In this document: positions 35,862 to 44,138 of the stretch, piece by piece
How the letters are laid out: each line of letters begins with the position of its first letter
Position numbering within the stretch: position 1 is the first letter of the stretch
NCBI GenBank assembly: GCA_032718475.1
Contig: JAUCBJ010002205.1
Coordinates: 1-44,138 of the forward strand
Direction: 5' to 3'
DNA from: Nemertoderma westbladi
Lineage: Eukaryota > Animalia > Xenacoelomorpha
DNA length: 44,138 nt
Program-made: the position numbers and the translations under genes
Notes under the pieces: generated by a model
What the model was told of the DNA's origin: nothing
The model's input: the letters and a program-made list of their open reading frames with translations, nothing else
The model's database searches: none

Positions 35862-37289
35862 CCATCTGGATTTTTGGTACAAAAACTAAAGGAACTGAGC
35901 ATTATTATATTAGATCAGGATAAACTAACTAACTTTGCAAAAACATTAACAATTCATGAATTATATATGTCTGGGAACGAATTATCCGGGACCTGCTTGC
36001 TTCACTATGCAATTGCAATAATGAGTGGCCTTTGTAGCTTAATGTTTTTTGTGTTGCAATAATAAATATATTTCAAGGTGCAGTAATCAAACAACTATTT
36101 GTTTATTGTTGTTTATAAATTTGATATTATTGTTTCTGCAGGGCAGTTTATATTAGTAGTTTATTAGTTCAATATTTTCAATGAATGTTTTATTTTTTCA
36201 TAGAATAGTTTTAGTTTCAACTTACAATTATTGAAACATAATATTTCTGCATTTTAATTGAAGTAGATAAACATTTATTTACATTACATTTTATTACAAT
36301 TGAATGCTAAGTCGTTCTACTTGTAAATCTGATTTTATATAAATATTAATTATTGATTGTTTGATCACTAATGTGTTGAATGTTATTTTGTTTTTTTTTT
36401 TATATGTGGCGGGTCTAGAAAATGGCTGCAATTTTCATCACCTGTGCGTATAGCATCAGTTATGGAGTTGTCGTTTAACGTTTTCTCCCAATATCTATCC
36501 CTATGTGCCAATGTTCCTTAACGTTAGGTTAACAAGTGCCAACGAGTTAACGTGTTAATCTTGACATCAAACTCTAATTTGGTAGTGTTGCTCAGGTAGG
36601 GGCGATCAGCTAATTGTACTATGCAGAGGCACTATGCAGGTTATCGTTATACACATGCGCTTCCATCGGTTTCTGTTTGCTACTCAATGCCTTACAAGTT
36701 CAATCTGTTGTCGGATTAGGTTTATGCCTTCTATAACATAGTATTTATAATAAATCACTTATTGCATACGCCTACTATTATATTTATAGTAGCGGAGTCC
36801 AAAGTAAATAATGTGCCTTAGACGAGATCTTGAGTGGTTGCGTCAGGTATCAATGGTCTCAAAACAATAGCGATAATTTCTAAGGTAGGCCCTACAGGTT
36901 CAACCAACAAGTCCCTCTTAGATTTGTTAATTTAACTTTTCCATGTCGGGGTGGAGGTGGAGTGGATACGCTGGAACATAACTGGACTTCTTGCCCTAGT
37001 TTGGGTTTATTTTCCCAGTTATTTTCACCTTGGAGCAGGGGGTTGGGTGCAATCATTGCCCGCGTCCAAACTTCGCCCCGTCCAACCTTCGCCCGCGAGA
37101 AATCTTCCCCCACGTCCAACCTTCGCCCGATTGGGGGAGAGGAGCAGTTTACAGACACCATAAGTTACAGAGACGAATTTTTCTAACCAAAACAATACAC
37201 GAGGTTGTTAAGACTGATTTTGAGGGCGAAGCTTTCTCCCGGGCGAAGTTTGCGGAAATAGCCAAATACAAGGTTTAAATTAATAATCT

Positions 37290-37620
37290 TATTAAACCGT
37301 GCTAAGCACGGTGAACTGCAGCTTTGACAATTCGCCCCCTTGCGGCAGACAGAGGAACTGTAAAAGTCTGTCTGTGTGTAGAATTTATAATTAAGCAGTG
37401 CTCTTATGTTACTGCTACCACATTTCAGATGAATCTCATGGTTGGTTCTATAATTACAGCTACTGTTAGGTTTCTGTCAATTCACCCCCTAGCGGCAGAC
37501 AGATTTATGGATTTTATGGCTGTGTGTATGATTTTTAAACTTTGTTTAGAATAACTAAACCAAAAATAGACTAAAAAAATTTTGGCGCCCCCTAGTGGCC
37601 TGAGTGAGATTTTAAAACAC
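37290..37620 (+). mobile_element. Probable 5' part of a Helentron/DINE-like non-autonomous element
   Basis: TTATT start, hairpin ACCGTGCT-A-AGCACGGT (37296-37312), GTCTGTCTGTGTG tract, and motifs shared with 42918-43425. The 3' limit is not defined. Confidence 0.4.
37584..37600 (-). promoter_or_regulatory. CTCF-like core motif (GGCCACTAGGGGGCGCC on the minus strand)
   Basis: Close match to the CTCF consensus CCASYAGRKGGCRS; related sites at 37333-37360 and 37483-37500. Confidence 0.55.
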
Positions 37621-38978
37621 TAAAAAGACTACTCCGTTAATTTCCATTTTTATTTTCCGATACCACATTTTTTGGAACCAGGATGTTTATTTTCATTATA
37701 TTTTTCACTCACTTTTTGAATTTTCTATTTCTGATATTAGTGGCAATTTTGTAAATAAAAATTGAAAAAAAATTAAAAAACTGAAAATCCCCATGGTCTT
37801 TTGTAATTTTTCATTTAAAAAATAAATGAGGAAATATTATTATATTAAGAAAACTGCGTGAAATTTATTCAAGCTTGTAAAATATAACCTTTCTTATAAA
37901 AGCAAAATTGCCTAAAACGGTTAAGAAATGGAGGGGGAGTAGTATTTTTCGAGCGGGGAAATGTCATTCTGAGATAGACTTCAAAGTATACAAATACAGT
38001 AATATTATACTGTAAATAAACAAATAGCACAGAAATATATCATATATATTAGGGCAGTGCGTTTTTTACTTTTTTTCGATTTCATTGTTCTACCGGTGCA
38101 CAAAAGTTGCCAATAGGTAAAAAAATAAGGCAAAAAAAATTTCTTTAAATTTCGCCTATATCTTCACGGATCCCAAGAGGGTTGAAATTTTGAGCCATCG
38201 CGATGCGCCATAATTAAATTTATAGCAATATAACACAACACATTAATGAAAGATCAATGACTCAAGATAGAACTTCCAGCATGCATCAAATGTCATCAAA
38301 TGGGTCCAAACTTAGTTAGATACCAAAATTTTAATTTTTTGTTCAAGGGAACTAGTGCCACAGGCACATGGACAGAACCTACCATTTGAACCTACCAATA
38401 TATTATGCGGATCACCTTCAATTTCCTGTTTCTTTCCTTAGCAACATGGATTTTACATAGCAACAAGGGTTCTAATGGTGGGATTTTCTCCAAATTTGGT
38501 ACAGACAAACTTTACTCTAATGACTATCGATTGACAGAAGTATGCACTTCTATATAGTTACCAATTTAGTTTCTAGAGCAACGGAAATTTGTCTAATCAG
38601 TTACTATTATTAATACCAATTTTGCTGGTACAATATAAGGACCTTATTTACACAACTTCTCTCCTAAACGGGTGGATGTAACCTCGCCCATCGGATTTAT
38701 CGACCTCAAACCCTTATCCCCAAAAAATTTATTTGTTATATGATAAACTATTATGGTTTTCAAACTAAAACAAATCAATAAATTACACCTAAAATCAATA
38801 GAGCAATCACAATTTAATTATTTGAAAATTCTTCGCTAACATTATTAATGGAAATTATGAAATTTCCTTGCAGCGGAAATGAATAATCTTTTTCCAACGG
38901 TTTCCTTAATATAACGTGAAGTTTTTGATATATTTAAAAATTTGATGCGACTTCTAGTTTCCGAGATATAGCAATTAA

Positions 38979-40823
<1,845 letters not shown>

Positions 40824-41124
40824 TTAATAGTAACATGCCAGTGTAAATATTACTAATTTCCCATTGAATCACTGTGAAATTAATTAAATTATTCTGGAAC
40901 ATCACCAATTTGCAACTTACTTTTCCCTACTGTTCCTTTTGTTTGGCTTGTGTTATGCAAATATACGCAGAATTTCCATGAATAATCATATGATCCGCAA
41001 AATAAAATTTTATAGACTTTTTTTGGTCATTAATAAGGTAATATAGAATCCAAAATGTATGGTTCGGATTGATTGCGAAATACTTATGGGTTTTTTGCTA
41101 GATTGACTCGACTAGTCGATTGAG

Positions 41125-41434
41125 TTCCAATTCTTAATACCGTTAAAAAAAGAAAGTATCAGTTTCAAAGGATTTACAATTCGGGATGTAAAAGTTTGAA
41201 GCACTAGCTCTGGTAGGCCTACTGTAAGAGTGTGTATCGCGCACTCTGTATAATTTTTGTTTTAGGTAATTTGGCCACTTACCATTATAAAGGAAGAGGG
41301 AACAGTTCACCAGCCTAGCATTGGACACCTACATATCAAACCCGATAAAGTAATATTGTGTGTTTCACATCTACAGTACGAAGGACTACATCTCTCGACT
41401 GTGTCTTCCACTGGTGCCTAGGTTTGTAGTCTTT
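41125..41434 (-). mobile_element. Short fragments of the same CR1/L2-group LINE as 21255-22335
   Basis: 41125-41290 matches ~21700-21862; 41413-41434 matches 21952-21973. Confidence 0.85.
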
Positions 41435-41779
41435 CACTTAGATTCGGTATATTATTTCGTCGAAAATGTTGGACATTAAATAAAATACAACGAGGGACAT
41501 TAAATAAAACGAATATGTTGCACCTAAATAAATTACATACTAGAAGTTGTATATGAATTCCAGAGCCTAATAATTACTATAAAAGTTTAATAAAAAGTTA
41601 AAAAAAATTTAAACTATAAAAAGTTTAAATATATTGAGTTTAAAAGTCTCAATGGAAGTAAGTCCCGGAGACGGGGCATTTGAGTTTGTTAAGAAAGAGC
41701 TGTTTCAAAGCGTGTTCGGAGACCAACAGCTAGAATAGTGCTATGCAGTGGGAGCGGTTGCACGACATAGCCAGCAAAT

Positions 41780-42560
41780 GCTACAGTATTATTATCTGTA
41801 GGCCTCCAACAATTTTCAGTGGATCACAGATGATGGCGAAATCCATTGGATATTTTAGTTGTGCAGCCATTCGTCTTCTTGACCCAGATAATTTACTTAG
41901 GTCCAAGTCTTTTGGATCATGGTTGTCGATATAATTTAGTATAACAGAGGAATATGCATGATGAGGGAAGATGATGAGGACGCCGTTCCAGCCTTCTAGT
42001 GGAGAGCACGCGTCCATTGTAGGTGTTTCAGTTGTCTAGCATTGCCCCGCGAAAGATTTTTGTTCCGTAGGTTACGGTTGGATAGACAATGCTTACCCTT
42101 AGAAATAAAATTTGTTTACAAATTCCAAGGTATCGCTATTGCATTGTAGTATAGTTTATCATTACCGGAGACCTGCCCCCACATCTACATTTCATTGATT
42201 TGGTCTTTGTAATATTGACCTTCATATGGTTGTCGATGCATTAGACCTAGCTGATATGTAGAATCGCCCTTGATGACGAGGTTGCCTGCAGACAAAATAA
42301 TAATAATAATGGATGCTAGGCAATATACAAACAGTAGTGGGGACCGCTTGTCACCATGGATGACATTCGATTCTGCTAGATTGGGTGCGGGATATAAACC
42401 CAATACAAAGGCAAACAAAATTAGCAGCAAGGAGTAACCAGAGCACCTTTATGAATTTTAACAAGATAAGACAATTTTAGACACAATTTAACTATGTCTA
42501 CAGAGTCAAATGCTTTTGTAAAATTTACAAAAACACAGTAGATAGGGCATCGATAGATTA
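41780..42560 (-). pseudogene. Highly degenerate non-LTR reverse transcriptase remnant
   Basis: Minus-strand NFTKAFDSVD (~42525), VIHGDKRSPLLFVYCL (~42360), MKVNITKT and RYLGI (~42130) in the expected RT order; boundaries approximate. Confidence 0.6.
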
Positions 42561-42646
42561 GTTTTTATCTGCGACTGCCATAATTTATAATTTTTTATTG
42601 GTGTTATGGGTGAATGAGTGGCTACATATTATTATAACTTTTTGTT

Positions 42647-42721
42647 GGACACAGAATGGTTAGAGGTTAGAGCGTCAGGCTTCCAACCCGGAGGTCACCA
42701 GTTCGATCCCACCTGGACGTC
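42647..42721 (+). mobile_element. tRNA-derived (Gly-TCC-like) SINE head or tRNA pseudogene
   Basis: A-box-like TGGTTAGAGGTTAGAGCG, anticodon-loop-like CTTCCAA, B-box GTTCGATCCC; the stems do not pair well. Confidence 0.5.
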
Positions 42722-42917
42722 ATTGACGACTGCCATAATGCTAGACCGAGATTCCGGAATCCAAATTGGGCCTTTGGTGGAACAGCATTATTATCAACCC
42801 AGTCAAGCATCCGGTTATTTAGCATGGCTTTGTACAGTCTTAAAATACATGATGAAAGTGCAATACCACAGTAGCTGTTCTGTGAATTCTTGGGGCCTTT
42901 GCACTTGTATATATATA

Positions 42918-43425
42918 CACGAAGTGGGGACTTCGCGCAGCACGAAGTTGGCAGAGCCTTAGCGAATTGACACTGTTAGGGGGTAGGTCAATTTATGCAA
43001 ATAGTCACGTTGGCCCTCTAGCGGCAGACTGGAGAACTGCAGATGGATTCGCCTCCTTTGAAAGTCACAGCTAATGGTCTAATACATATCTGCCAAGTTT
43101 CAGCTTAAACGGATTTAAAGCAAAGAAATGGGAGGGCATTTAATGTTTAGACATGTGGCCCTCTAGCGGGAGACCATTGCACTGATGGTGTCTGAAAGTC
43201 TCTCAAAAATCTCAACTTTTGCTCATATTGATACCTACAAATTTTCAACTTGGCAGCTTTAAATCCGACAAAGTTATTAGCATGTCAAAATCGTAACGAC
43301 GACGACGACGACAACGACGACGACGACGACAACGACGACGACGACAACTATTTGCATAAATTGACCCACCCCCTAACAGTGTCAATTCGCTAAGGCTCCG
43401 CCAACTTCGTGGCTCGCCCCACAGT
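42918..43425 (-). mobile_element. Non-autonomous element with ~65-bp subterminal inverted repeats, a (CGA)n microsatellite and a terminal hairpin (Helentron/HINE-like)
   Basis: 42941-43005 is the near-perfect reverse complement of 43348-43411; (CGA/CAA)n at 43296-43347; hairpin CGAAGT-GGGG-ACTTCG at 42920-42935. Confidence 0.7.
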
Positions 43426-43689
43426 AATTCGATAGACATCAGCCATTGTGAGGCGATCTCGGCATAATTAAAACATAAAGTGAATAAGGCAAGAAGATAA
43501 AACAGCAGATGCCCGAAACCGGCTTTTATTGTTACATTCCGGAGTCCATCAGGCCCAGCCGCTTTATTAGTTTTACTACTGGATAGACAGGCAGTGATTT
43601 CTTTAATTCCTGCTTCTATATAATGTGTGTCAGCAGCCAGAAGAAGTGAAAAGTGCGAGTACCAATCCTCCTCTGATACTTATTAATGT

Positions 43690-44138
43690 GATAGAGGTTT
43701 AACTTGCTTCTGTGATTTAAAGATATTCCAGAACTGTCATTTTCGTAAGTTTATGTTCTTGAATGACATTGTAGAGTTTTCTTTCTTCCGCGAGTAGTTG
43801 TTTGTTACTCCCTTTGTTATCTATGTACTGCCCCCGATGGATTTCTATGTGGGTAGTTATCATTTTATCACGCACTGCATTCAGTGGACTGAAAGAAACT
43901 CTCTAACCCTGTCTATCCAGGGTTTCGAGGGGGGTTTTCTATGAGGCATTTCAAATAAATTTATAGAGTCCGTAATGTGTTTGCATAAGGTGTCCACATT
44001 AGCCTCTTCCTCATTAATACCCATCAGCCTGTATCCAAGTTTGTAACGATGCATTTTACAGCATGAGATCTTGGCTCTTTCTCGTATATGTAATTTAGGG
44101 TGAGGTCCAATTTTATCCACTTTTGTTTAATGTTTATA
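43690..44138 (-). mobile_element. Probable degenerate LINE fragment (endonuclease-RT linker), continuing past the window end
   Basis: Translation ...VDTLCKHITDSI...RKPPSKPWID resembles the K.KPWI linker of APE-RT LINEs; weak evidence. Confidence 0.4.

Noticed and set aside
42647-42721. Functional tRNA-Gly gene
   Set aside because: Acceptor, anticodon and T stems do not pair properly; treated as a SINE head or pseudogene.

Overview
AT-rich, transposon-dense eukaryotic (probably bilaterian invertebrate) genomic DNA; no prokaryotic operons, rRNA or CRISPR. The most notable element is a complete ~4.05-kb Transib DNA transposon (4733-8785). It encodes a RAG1-core-like DDE transposase broken by a single frameshift, and its ends start with the V(D)J heptamer CACAGTG followed by a nonamer-like motif at 12 bp (left) versus 22 bp (right). 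It has no target-site duplication and abuts a 5'-truncated RTE LINE. Other mobile DNA: a decayed BEL/Pao LTR retrotransposon (minus strand, ~10745-17886), several RTE and CR1/L2-group LINE fragments, foldback/MITE elements (TA- and TTAA-flanked), Helentron-like non-autonomous elements carrying CTCF-like motifs, and mini/microsatellites. Three uninterrupted host-like ORFs lie among the repeats: an insect-type AANAT-like GNAT acetyltransferase, a GATAD1 homolog lacking the GATA zinc finger, and an unrecognised 645-aa protein with a graded 7-aa repeat and a SIM-like motif. All family calls come from motif recognition by eye, not from database searches.
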